Source: Strigamia acuminata (lineage: Eukaryota). Taken from it: a DNA stretch of 64,000 nucleotides. The stretch's first letter is position 1, and the number at the start of each line of letters is the position of its first letter. Both the position numbers and the translations under genes were made by a program. The stretch covers positions 17,360,001 to 17,424,000 of the forward strand of contig OX442314.1 of the NCBI GenBank assembly GCA_949358305.1, given 5' to 3'. This document shows, piece after piece, positions 53,116 through 64,000 of this stretch. Below the pieces are notes generated by a model. The model was not told the origin of the DNA. It saw only the letters and a program-made list of their open reading frames with translations, and made no database searches.

Positions 53116-55313
53116 TTGTTAGACAACAACGAATACATTATTGTATGTGTTACATTCCATTTCTTCGCTTTCTCTTTGGCAAACGATTTCGATATGGACT
53201 TCGATCGTAATTCGATGGACTATTCCAGATAAATAATATGGGTTTGTGAAAATAATCCTATTTATGTAAAAAGTTTTACTTTGTAATCAGGTATATCCTT
53301 ATTTTTTATAAGTATGAAAATAAATATATTTATTTATTAACCTGTTTACTTAATCGAAATTATACGTGGCTAGTTCAGATTCATATTTCAGAATGCAATG
53401 ATTTTTTTGATCTTATTTCGAATTCTTTCGAAATTGCGATTTCTTGTAATCGCGTTCTTTGTTGTTATCCAACACATGCTTTCTTTTCAGAATAGACAGT
53501 ATCTGCCGTATTTTCTAGGTGGGCATGATTATGTCCCAGTCGGCTTAATTTTCAGCCTCCGATGATAAGTTTTAAAAAGTCTTACCGAGTGGTAAAATTA
53601 ACTTTTTTACGATAAATTTCATTTCTTGCAAAATAAATTTAGATTCAGATCTCGGTTACAGATGATGTTAATGAAAAATCTCTCATTTATCTTAAATATT
53701 TCAAGGGATCCCTTACGTATGGTGATTCGATAGAATTTCCACTTGTGGCGACGCAAATTTATCAATTGATCTTAATGTATCGTTATTCAAGTATGAACGA
53801 CATAAAATGTTTTATTTAAATAAAACTTTATAAAAACCAAGTGTTTTCCAATCTTATTGAAAAGTAATGCAAATAAAGTATTCGTTTGAATTCTTATTAA
53901 CTGCGCTTAATAATCAGGGATTTAAAAGGTCATCTGGTTTATTCATATTCGTAATATCTATTAAATAGTCGAAATGTTTGACGTGTTGTTCTTACAACAA
54001 ACTAGAGAAAAAGCAAGTGCTTTAACTTGGTAATATATTATACTTTCAAGTGTAAAAGGTGATGGTCTGGATTGACCTAACTTCTAAAATATTCCAATTT
54101 TATTTTAAAAAGGGACTTTTAATATTGAAATGTTCTTTTGAACGATCTGCTACTACATACAATTAGTGTGCAGATGGCTTCAAAAAAGTTCTTGAACTGA
54201 ATAAATACTTATAGTTCTGGTAAATATGTTTACCATTTTGTAAAATCAGAATAAAATAAATTGATTCATTTACCAATTTGATATGTATTCTATTTATTTT
54301 GAGAATGAAGAGTAAACTTTATTCCTTTTTCCCGTACTGAAATGATTCGATTTTTGCAATTCGCAAAGTTTACCTATTTGCCTTTAAGAATTTTAGCATT
54401 AAAGTGAATGCAACTTTCTTTCTTGTAATTGACAGCACAAGAATAAAGCGGAATATTTTTAGACATTATAGATAAATTTCTGTTCCTATTTATTTCAATC
54501 GAAACTTTTTCCAGTAAATTTGTCTAAACCAATCTCATTCACTTTCGTAAATGCGTACAAGAGAACTGTGACACTCTGATTCGATATAAGTTATAAATCG
54601 AAATAAACAAAGATTGTGATTAAAACAATCTGAATTCACGATTGAAAAATTGTTAATAACAATTAGGAAGCACGCTAAATCGTTGGATTCTTGGCGCTTC
54701 TGGTTTCTAGGCAAAGCAGCTGTAAAATGTTTTCATCGGATTAGAACATTCGAGCGATAATCCTTGCCTTGTTGGATTTTACTATTTTAAAATCACGGTC
54801 TTGATTATACGAAACGAAAGTAAGGTTGATCAGGTATGAGGTATGTGTTAATCTTGTAACCAAAATTTGAGAACAAATAAACCTGTTCTTTAAACAGTAT
54901 CGACTTTCCTTTGTACTTATTTCCCAAATAAAAGTTGGTGTAAGTGTCTGATAACTTTTTTGTCAATTTCTTGAAATGGCCGATTGAAAATAATTCGAAT
55001 TTGAATTCGGTGAAAACGACGTTCCGTAGGCGGACAAAACAACGATAAATTCGGACTGAATTTTATAATTTCCCGTGGTAGATTTATAAAATAATTTTTA
55101 TTTATTAACCTGTTTATGGTTTTACCACGTGGTAGAATTCTCGTTTTACGAAGATGTTCGATTTTTCTACAGAAAATCAAAATTAAAGTGAATATTTTTC
55201 ACTTCTTGTGATTCTAATACAAGATCTTTATAACTAAATTTAGTTATGACTTAAATTTCGGTCAAAACCTACTTTTCATTTTCATGCGCACAAACTTCCC
55301 GATCAATTTGCAT

Positions 55314-56667
55314 TCAATGTGACCCCAACGAGCGGTGGTCCGCCCATCTGTCTAGTGGCTCGCCCATCTGTCTAGTGGCTCTCAAGAACTCGCAAGCCGA
55401 AACAACTGGGCGACAGGGGAGATTGGGATGACGGAATCGGAACATGTTCGATTCGTCAGTAATAGGAACGGATAAATTAACCATATTATCCGGGATGACG
55501 GGATCAGAAACATTGTTCGATCCGTCTGCGTATGTACCGTTTACGGTTGGATCCGAAGCGGATAAAATTACCGGTCCGCCTGCGACGACAGGGGTATTCG
55601 CAAGGACGGGGTTCAAAAACAAAGCTTGTCCCAATATTTGGATCCGTTCCGCCTGTAACAACAGGGGCAATCGCCAGTGCGGGGCTAAAAAACAAGTTTT
55701 CCCGACTAATGGATCCGCTTCGCCTGTGACGACAGGGGATTTTGCCAGAACGAGGTTCAAAACAAAGTTTGTCCTGATATTTGGATTCGTTCCGCCTGTA
55801 ACGACAGGGGCATTCCGCTCCGCCTGTAACGACAGGGGCATTCCGCTCCGCCTGTAACGACAGGGGCATTCCGCTCCGCCTGTAACGACAGGGGCATTCC
55901 GCTCCGCCTGTAACGACAGGGGCATTCCGCTCCGCCTGTAACGACAGGGGCATTCCGCTCCGCCTGTAACGACAGGGGCATTCCGCTCCGCCTGTAACGA
56001 CAGGGGCATTCCGCTCCGCCTGTAACGACAGGGGCATTCCGCTCCGCCTGTGACGACAGGGGATTTCGCCAGAACAGAGTACAAAACACAGTTTGTCCAG
56101 ACTATTGGATCTGCTCCGCCTGTGACGACAGGGGATTTCGCCAGAAAGGAGTACAAAACACAGTTTGTCCCGACTATTGGATCTGCTCGGGATCTGCTCC
56201 GCCTGTGACGACAGGGGAAGTCGCAAGAACGGGGTTCAAAAAAATAAAAATTTTTGTTCCGTTTACGGAAGTCGGAACGGATATATTAACCGTTCCGTCC
56301 GTAGCGATAAGGTTTCTTTGCGGTAAAACGACAACCGTTTCCGCCGGCTGTTTATCCAACACATGTTAGAAAGCCAAGACGTCCAGCCAAGACGTTAGTG
56401 GTCAGCGGTTCAGGCACGGCGCCTGACCCAGCCACAGGAAGTACGCCAGTCTGCGGAAGAACGACGACCGTTCCCGCAGCAATCTGATTTGCAGCGATAG
56501 TCTGCATCAAACCGCGCAATTTCGTCGGTTAGCACATCTAGCCGCTGGTTCATCCTTCTCGGCGAAGGCAGCGGCGATTGTTGGTTCAAAGTTTGGACCG
56601 CGTGGTCAGTATTATCGTCATTGTCATTAATAATCGGGAAACCGATAACCTTAACGAAGGAATTCAT
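55314..56667 (-). pseudogene. Putative ORF1/gag-position coding remnant of the DIRS element
   Basis: ORFs 56410-56667, 56174-56362 and 55314-56156 lie in the element's orientation directly after its 5' ITR. No homology was recognised; the assignment is positional only. Confidence 0.3.
55575..56240. repeat. Compound minisatellite: about 72-bp units flanking nine perfect 28-bp units
   Basis: The 28-mer CCGCCTGTAACGACAGGGGCATTCCGCT repeats with cores at 55795, 55823 ... 56019. Related cores occur at 55579, 55652, 55723, 56047, 56119 and 56202. Confidence 0.95.
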
Positions 56668-56881
56668 TTTATGTAACTATAAAAAACAATGATATTACAA
56701 AGGGGTTCGAAAAATATAACAATTTCTTTTGAAAAAGGTAGAAAAAACGATACTTATTGAAAATTTTCTCGTAGAGCAATTCGAACCTGACCGCGCAACC
56801 CGTTAGTAGAACCGGAAGTGACGTAACCCGACTAGTAGCGCCATCTCCTGTTTAGCCGGAGATTACAAAGAGTGAATCATA

Positions 56882-56907
56882 AACCAACCAACCAACCAAC
56901 CAACCAA
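56882..56907. repeat. (AACC)n microsatellite next to the DIRS 5' end
   Basis: About six tandem AACC units starting 5 bp outside the element terminus. Confidence 0.85.
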
Positions 56908-57848
56908 CAGACGACATTCACAATTTAAATGCAACGCAATTGTCCACTGCCTTCTGTTTGTTGGGAAATTTTTATTTCCAATTTAATTACTGATATGGGT
57001 CCAATCTGAAAGTCCATCTGCATTATTGTCTCATTTAATGAATGTTCAAGTAATATACGGTAATAATAGTAATAGCCTGCACCTAATGCCAATTGTGTGC
57101 GCCAATTTTTTTTGGGCAATTCAATGCTGCATGGCATTACAAACTGTATGTTTAATTTTGTTTAGCAATAATGTGTAGAATAAAAAGTCGAGTCAAGTGA
57201 AGCTTTTAGTTTAGTGACAATGTACATACAAAGACTCATCTAGTACAAGACGCAAATGACAAAATGTTTGCATAATTTAAAACGCTGAGTTCAATTAAGT
57301 CCTCAAATACAAACTAGAGAATTCCAGCAATTCTCATTCCAGGAGATCATCGTTTAGGCCTATGGAGCAAAAGTTTAACATTATAGCATAATTACACTTT
57401 TATACATTTTTGAAAGTAAATCATCACAAGTTATTTATCAACACGTCTCATACTCATCAACATTCACCATCGTATAAGCACAAACAGAAGCAGCGTAGGA
57501 ATGTGACAACATAAATGGTTTCGTGTGGCAATGATTATATTACTTAAATATATCATTATTGTTATTACGTTATTTTTCTTATCGTCATACTAATCTGCTA
57601 ATACTATATAAAAGTTATTCTTTGGGCATTTTTAAAAAATGAGAACTAATTTTTTTTTTTAAATTTGCTTTTACATTTTAGACACAGGTACGTGTTCGTT
57701 AGGAGACACCTTCAAAATGGAACGGCTAAGATGCATATTCAGAAGTGAGTAATTTTCAGTTTCATTTTTTTTTTTGCACATTATTTTTCTTCGAGTGTCA
57801 ACTGCTTTGGTATTCATCAATGCACTTCTCTTTGAACCTTTATCCTAT

Positions 57849-60800
57849 CTATACGCTGGACACTTCTCCACGTTCCTTCAGCAGACTTTTAAGCCGCGTC
57901 ACTTCTTTATTAGACATGGATAAATCCGTTTGTAAGCGAATTTCTCTTTCTTTTAACTTCTTCACATCTCTTTGGCAGCTCTAAAATGTACGAAAAAGGA
58001 AATACAGTTTAATCCGAGTTGATTTTTCTTTTAAAGTAAATAATTATCACTGACCACATTCTGCCTGAGCAAATCAAGTTTGTCGCACTTGAGTTTGTTT
58101 ACCTCCAATTTGAGCGACTCGATTTGTTTCAATAATGCTACACGAATCAAATAAGAAAATGATTATGAGTGTAATATGAATAAGTTGAAATGTTACCATC
58201 AGTTTCCATGGCAAAGGTACACCCACCCTCATCCAAGCAGAAACTGCACGACAAAGACACACGCTTGTTAGGTGTCTCAGCAGATGACATGCTTTCCATG
58301 CCCGTATCAGAATCATCATTATGTACATATGCTACGTGTTCCAGCTCGATGCTGTTCACGCTGGACGAATCAGATTCGGACATGGCCAAACGTGGAAACG
58401 TGTCACTAGAATTATAAAAAAAAAATTATAAAAAAAAAAAATCCAACCCTAACGTGAGAAACCTACCTAGTCCCTCTGTGAGGCGGAGTATCTGGACTAG
58501 AAACGGGAGTCGCTGGACTGCTGTTGGTGCGAAATGTTGATCGGACATTACTAGTTGAATTCACATTATCCGATAACCTATTGCTTTCTCTGAAAGATTA
58601 AAAATAATTAATAAAAATAATTTAAAAATAGAAAAGAAAAAAATGTACTTTTTGCTTGACGCTTCCAATTTGGACTGTGACAACCTTTTGTTAAGATTCT
58701 GGTTTTGAGGTGTTCTGTTATTCGAGGATGCCGTTTCCAATATGGGTGAATTGTTGTTATTGGAAAGAGATCTCTTGGGCGGTACACGACTCGACAATGC
58801 TTTTCGCACCGTTTCGAGAAAGCGTGAGCTGCCTGTTGGTTCGGTCTTGGAACCGTCAGATGAAGACTGGCCAGCGACTCCCCCGCAAAAGTCCCGAGTC
58901 TTCTGCTTCAGTTCCTCTACGAGAGACGTTAACAGAGCCGCGCGTGTGCGCAACTGCAATAATTCAACAAAAACACTGTAGTACCAAGAAATGCTTAAAA
59001 AAAATTTTTTTTTTAAATCTTACCTCAAGTTTAGAAAATTTTTCTGCTTTATAACATGCAGTTTCGGCATTGATGAGCTTGGTGAGAAGAAATTCTCGAA
59101 ATTCTGGTCCCCTTTTGAACACAGAAGGATTGGGCAGTGTAGGGCCAAAGAAGGGTACGTCATCTCTTGCAGTGACGCTCACTTTGTAGCGAGTGTTCGG
59201 ACTGTTGGGATCGAGAACTTGGACCACAATGAAGGCGTGCAGGAAATGAGACGCAATCATATCGGGAACGAATGGGGTGTTTGATTCTTGGAAAACAATA
59301 GCAACTATGTCGTTTCCGATATGCCGTTTTCTTTGCAACTGTTGCGGGTCTCCTTCTGTGTAAGGTAACAAAGTAGATACATGGAACATAAGCTCTCGTT
59401 CCCTGAATTTAATGAACACCGAGTCTTCGCCCGTTTGACCATACTGAATATCCAATCCTCCTCTGTAACTGTTCATTTAAAATTAAAAAAAAAAAATTAA
59501 ATTGAAATTAAATAAAATAAATTTTTTAATTTTAATTTTTATTTTTATTTCATACCCTTTGAAGTCTTTTAGTTTTACGCGATCACCCAGCATATCTAAG
59601 AATTCATCCATAGCAGGACTGTGACTCATGTTTCCAAATAATTCCTCTTCTGTCGTCTGAAATTCAATTGACAATTTTTAATTCTCCACAAATGCGCGAA
59701 ATAATTTTTATTTTTAAACTCACCTGACCGAATCTCTGATATATAATTCCGAATTTAAAAGTATTGACTAGAACATGTTCATCGTAATAAACTACCGTCT
59801 CGGAATTTCGAGGGAAAACAGACGGCATGAATTTTTCCACTGTTATGTCTTCATTTAAAAGCTTAAATTATGAAAACAGTAAATAAATTAGATCTGTCTA
59901 GATTCCAGACCAATCTCATGAAATTACACACCTTTGCCATCCGGGCTGGTGTAGGATTATCACCCAAACAGGAGGACGGAACCAACTCATGAACTGTGCC
60001 GGATTTCATTCTTAATATTAATCTGTTATGTTCTTGTGACGATATAATTTCAGATTTGACAGACAACATGAGCGGTCCGAGATTGTCATCAACAGCAAAA
60101 AAATTGCCGTGTTCCTTTAGAAAAAAAAATATATAAAAGTTAAGAGGGGGAAGAAAAGCAATTTAAGTCAGTGACAGATTCTGATGGGAATATCCATCAC
60201 TTTCACTTACCCTTCCCAAAAAAAATCTCCGATAGCACTTGGCTGTTTCATCAATTTCAAATTTGGCTTTCCAATTGTGTTGAGGTACAATTGGATTCCC
60301 CTGACTGTCAAATGGACAGTCGTGTTCTAATCCGTCTACCCAGTAACCGCCTTTAGAGGGCAGAATGATCATTGGAAATGGCCCAGGTTTTTTCAGGATC
60401 TGAAAAATTAAAATATATAAAAGTTTAAGCATTATTATTATTTTTTTTATTTAAAAAAGCACTTTATTTTGCCTATTTTCGGTAAATATCAACATTTTTG
60501 CAGTCACACAATAATAAAATTTACTAAAAAAAAAAAGCACAGTATGGCCACTTTGCATAAATTGAACACTAAAGTTGTTTTTCTCTAAAAATGCATTTAA
60601 ACTGAAATAGATATAAATAATTCATGCTGAAATTAAATTAAACTTCCCTAATCTATGTTGAAATAGAAGCAAAAAGGAAGCGAGACAAATGAAATGGAAT
60701 TTTGCTACAGGAACAATTTCCCAGAGGGTAGACAAACGGAAAAAGTTGTTGTAAATTAATTACAAAAGAATTTTAAATGGAATTTAAAAAGAAAGAAAAA

Positions 60801-61836
60801 AATAAACATTACGGCTGAACAATTACAACAATTTTTTTCACTGCTACTTCGAAGCTACAGTCTGACTGACACAAAGCAGAATTAATCAAGAGAGAATTGT
60901 CAGATTCTGCTCTAGGGAAAGGAGTTGGGGTTACCTGACTAGGGGGGAAAGTTCCAAGGAAATTTGTCCAGTAGCTTTTCAACTGTAATGGAAAGGAACA
61001 AAAATGTCTCACGTTTAATTCTTCAATTGCATTGAGTGTTTGATTTGATACAATTACAACAATAAATTATTATTCATCAGTGGCCATTTATCGATTTGTT
61101 TTAATGCAATCAATCAAATTTTAAGTGAGTATTTATTAGTTATGAGGTAATGGCAAGATTTACACTGACCTCTTCTATGGTTTCACAAGATTTCTTGTCC
61201 TCAATATCATTTTGTGAAGTCTGAAAATTAATTTTGCAAAGAAAAATCATTAGTACTTCGTAAAATGTAAGCAAAACGTGTAATTTTCTTGTTAATTCTC
61301 ATGTGCGATGTACTTACTTGTGAGAAATAGGCGGGCAACACGCACCTTTGGTCATCCAGCCTACTGTTCTGCAACTTCTCCAAGAGCTCAAAGAGGTCAT
61401 GTGGGCCCTATGTGAGAAACGAAGCGTCACAAATTAATTCAGCAGCTGCATATGCACTTGGCTCCCAATGGAATATCATTAGATGCCATTGGTGCTCAGT
61501 TCTCACTCCATCTTTCACTAATCAAACAATTATTCCCCCAAGGAAATAAAAACATCTGCAAACACAAGTTGTTTCATTAAACAACAATTAAAAGCAGAAA
61601 CACAAATTTGCTTAACCCGATTTCAAACTTTAAAAGAAAATTAATATTTGTACTATTAGTCATGGTGAATAGGTTTCTAGCATAAACCACATTTATTTCT
61701 CGAATTATTCCAACATGTCGAATTCTATTTTAAATTTCTAACCTTAATTTTTTCTGATTGTGCTGTCTCCTGCTCGTGGAGTGGAGTTGGGGGATAATGG
61801 GATTGGCAATACAGTTGACCGTCCATGGTTTGTTTC
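57849..61836 (-). CDS. RAP1GAP: Rap1 GTPase-activating protein with N-terminal GoLoco motif, multi-exon, start codon unresolved
   Basis: RapGAP domain YRGGLD...[37 protein letters not shown]...[24 protein letters not shown]; GoLoco motif [19 protein letters not shown] (about 61317-61408); C-terminal coiled coil [14 protein letters not shown]. Confidence 0.95.
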
Positions 61837-64000
61837 CTACAAATAAAGTGTAACAAAATAAATATTAAACTTTTTTGAAATGAGAAAACAATAAGTAAAT
61901 TAATCCACAGATTTCACACTTTCTGTCCACGTCCAAAGCCTTAAATTACAACTCCAGCTTTAGACCACCGAATCAAAATTCAAATTAACTAAAATGTTTA
62001 CCACTGACCCATTAAAAATAGAGCACATTATGAAATGTGCTTGACCTACTACTGTTACTCTACAATTTTTACTAATGGTCCTTTTTAGAACTACATTTTC
62101 TATGAAAATCGTACAAAAATGCACTGGTAACCAGGCATGTCGGAAAAACAAAACATAAAGGAGTTACTAGTGCATTCCAAACCCCTCAGCCTTGGGCGGC
62201 AAATAAATATACAAAAAAAAATATATTAAAAATACTATTAAAAAAAATACCTTACTCCCCTGTATTAAAAATAGAACAAATTTTTATAAAAAAGAAAAAA
62301 ATTTATTTCCTGAATAACTTCAAATTAAACTCCCACACGTTTCCCTCAAACAAAACTATTTAAGAAACATGTATTCTTTATTCAGATACACGTGCATGTA
62401 GTAAAATATCGACGAAAATAACCACAAAACGAGACCTTTGTACGAAATAATAACTAATAACGTTTCCCGTTCTTCTGTGCTTGAAAAATCACAATATGAG
62501 GGCAGAATTTATGCGGTTAACAAAAAACTCCATTGCACAACCACAACAAACTTGCTGGGGAAATAAATATCCTTTCAGAATTTGGAGAATTTCCACCTCA
62601 AATATAAATGTTAAATGAAGAAGAAGAAGAAGGAGGAGGAGAAGGTCTTGCATTATGTAATAAAGATACACCTGAGATAGAAAATCTAAAACTCGCCAAG
62701 GTGACCTCAGCAATCATGACGTAAATATACGCGCACAAACACACGCCGTGTGATGTTTATGAAAATTGATGCGGTTAAGTTTTAACAGTCTTAAATTGTC
62801 ACCGTCTGCGTCTGAAACCATTACTCATTCAAGCATTCACAGTCAGGCCACTATTTTGCAGTTATTGGCTTAAGGTCAAGCGTTGTATTCCAAATAAAAC
62901 GATCCTATTGACACAAGTAACTTAACGCATCCTTGAAATTAGATTAAAGAATAAAAAAAATCTATCTGTGAAATGACTCCATGTTTTGTTAAAGAGGAAC
63001 TGGAAGGGGCACCGGGCACCTAACCTGGGTGGAGAGTAGTTTACCTTGACTTTCAATTCAGGTAAAGCTAAGGGCAGATTTATTCTTTCACCATTTTCGT
63101 ATAGCCTAAGCTTAAAAACCGTGTGCGAGGAAGAATTTTCCTACGCCCTTTAACTTGTGTCAGATAAAACTTGTTCGGGAGGAAGGCAGGTTTGTAACTG
63201 TGATGAAAGATTGAGTAGGTGGCAGGTGAATTAAATTAACCAATCGGCTCGGACGAAGCGGGTTTAAAGATCACAGATGAGCAGGAAGTGTTTTATTCAT
63301 TACAAACCAATTTATCATGAAATAACGGTAATCAATTTGATTCGAAAATGACTTAATGACTCGAAATTGACTTTTTTTCCTCCAAAAATAAATTTGAGAT
63401 TAGTTTTTTTTCTTGTAAAGTTAATGCGGAAATGGTCATTGGCTGTAATTACCCATTGCTTATGTTGATTTTCGATGGAGTACTCGAATAAACTCGTCTA
63501 AAAGGCAAAGTTTCAGCCTTTGATGGCTAGTAAAATGTTTATAGCCATAACAACATCAATCCACACTTTAGCTGGAGTCGTTAACCCAATTTTTTCCAAA
63601 ATAATTCTCCATAATTCCTAGTATAAAATAGTCGAAATATAATATTCAAAATTTTCCAAAAGCTTGTTTCCCACGGTAATGTCCCCCCAGATACGTAAAC
63701 TTGCTCAAACTTGTACCGAGGACAGGTGGTCAGGGTCAAAGGGGCTCCAAGTGGGGTTCGCAGACATCCATTCACAATCCCGAACAAACTAACCCGACAC
63801 AAAAGAAACTTGAGCAACAGGGAGGAAAAGTAAGAGAACCCCAGGGGGTCTACGACGTAGGTGGAGGTACAGTGGCGAGCACTTAGGGAAAATCCACACC
63901 TTCACTCACACACCCCTTAAAAAAAATCGCATTTCAATTGCAGGAAATTTTCATTCTGCAACCCGAAACCCCTTCTATTAATTTGAAGAGAAGGGGCCTT

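Larger units (their letters stand above)
52091..56877 (-). mobile_element. DIRS1-like tyrosine-recombinase retrotransposon, non-autonomous
   Basis: The ITR cores 56819-56852 and 52180-52213 match 34/34. The ICR at 52401-52527 is complementary to the 3' end (52091-52186, 96/96) and to the 5' end (56844-56877, 34/34). Its two halves overlap at ATT (52494-52496). On the minus strand the element begins and ends with ATT. A YR remnant lies just upstream of the ICR. Confidence 0.93.

Noticed and set aside
55504..56226. Overlapping 240-aa and 110-aa ORFs as separate genes
   Set aside because: They arise because the 28-bp repeat has no stop codon in any minus-strand frame.
55575..56240. CRISPR-like appearance (hairpin repeat with about 44-bp intervening sequences)
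   Set aside because: The intervening sequences are homologous to each other, the central units have no spacers, the context is eukaryotic, and no cas genes are present.
63581..63886. Possible upstream Rap1GAP exon or separate gene
   Set aside because: No recognisable motif and no convincing in-frame splice pairing; it cannot be supported from sequence alone.

Overview
AT-rich eukaryotic DNA, most likely arthropod (inferred from the gene content and the many 55-90 nt GT-AG introns). Gene order: ANO7-like anoctamin (-, runs off the left edge), NIP7 (-), a decayed exon-like region (8.2-10.7 kb), an E23-like ABCG half-transporter (+) with a 16.7 kb first intron, a compact housekeeping cluster of BCAS2/SPF27 (+), PEX5 (+), GOLIM4-like (+) and NOP2 (-), then Rap1GAP with a GoLoco motif (-, 5' end unresolved). 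The most striking feature is a 4.8 kb DIRS1-like tyrosine-recombinase retroelement (52091-56877, -) about 190 bp upstream of the NOP2 ATG. Its cis architecture is complete and perfectly matched: 34-bp inverted terminal repeat (ITR) cores, terminal extensions, and an internal complementary region (ICR) joined at an ATT. However, its tyrosine recombinase (YR) is frameshifted and internally deleted, no reverse transcriptase (RT) is recognisable, and it carries about 2.1 kb of unexplained filler plus a hierarchical 72/28-bp hairpin minisatellite. Second, the non-coding DNA around E23 is dense in ecdysone-response-element (EcRE)-like IR1 palindromes and CACGTG E-boxes, and is bracketed by convergent CTCF-like motifs. 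All calls were made by eye; no searches were run.
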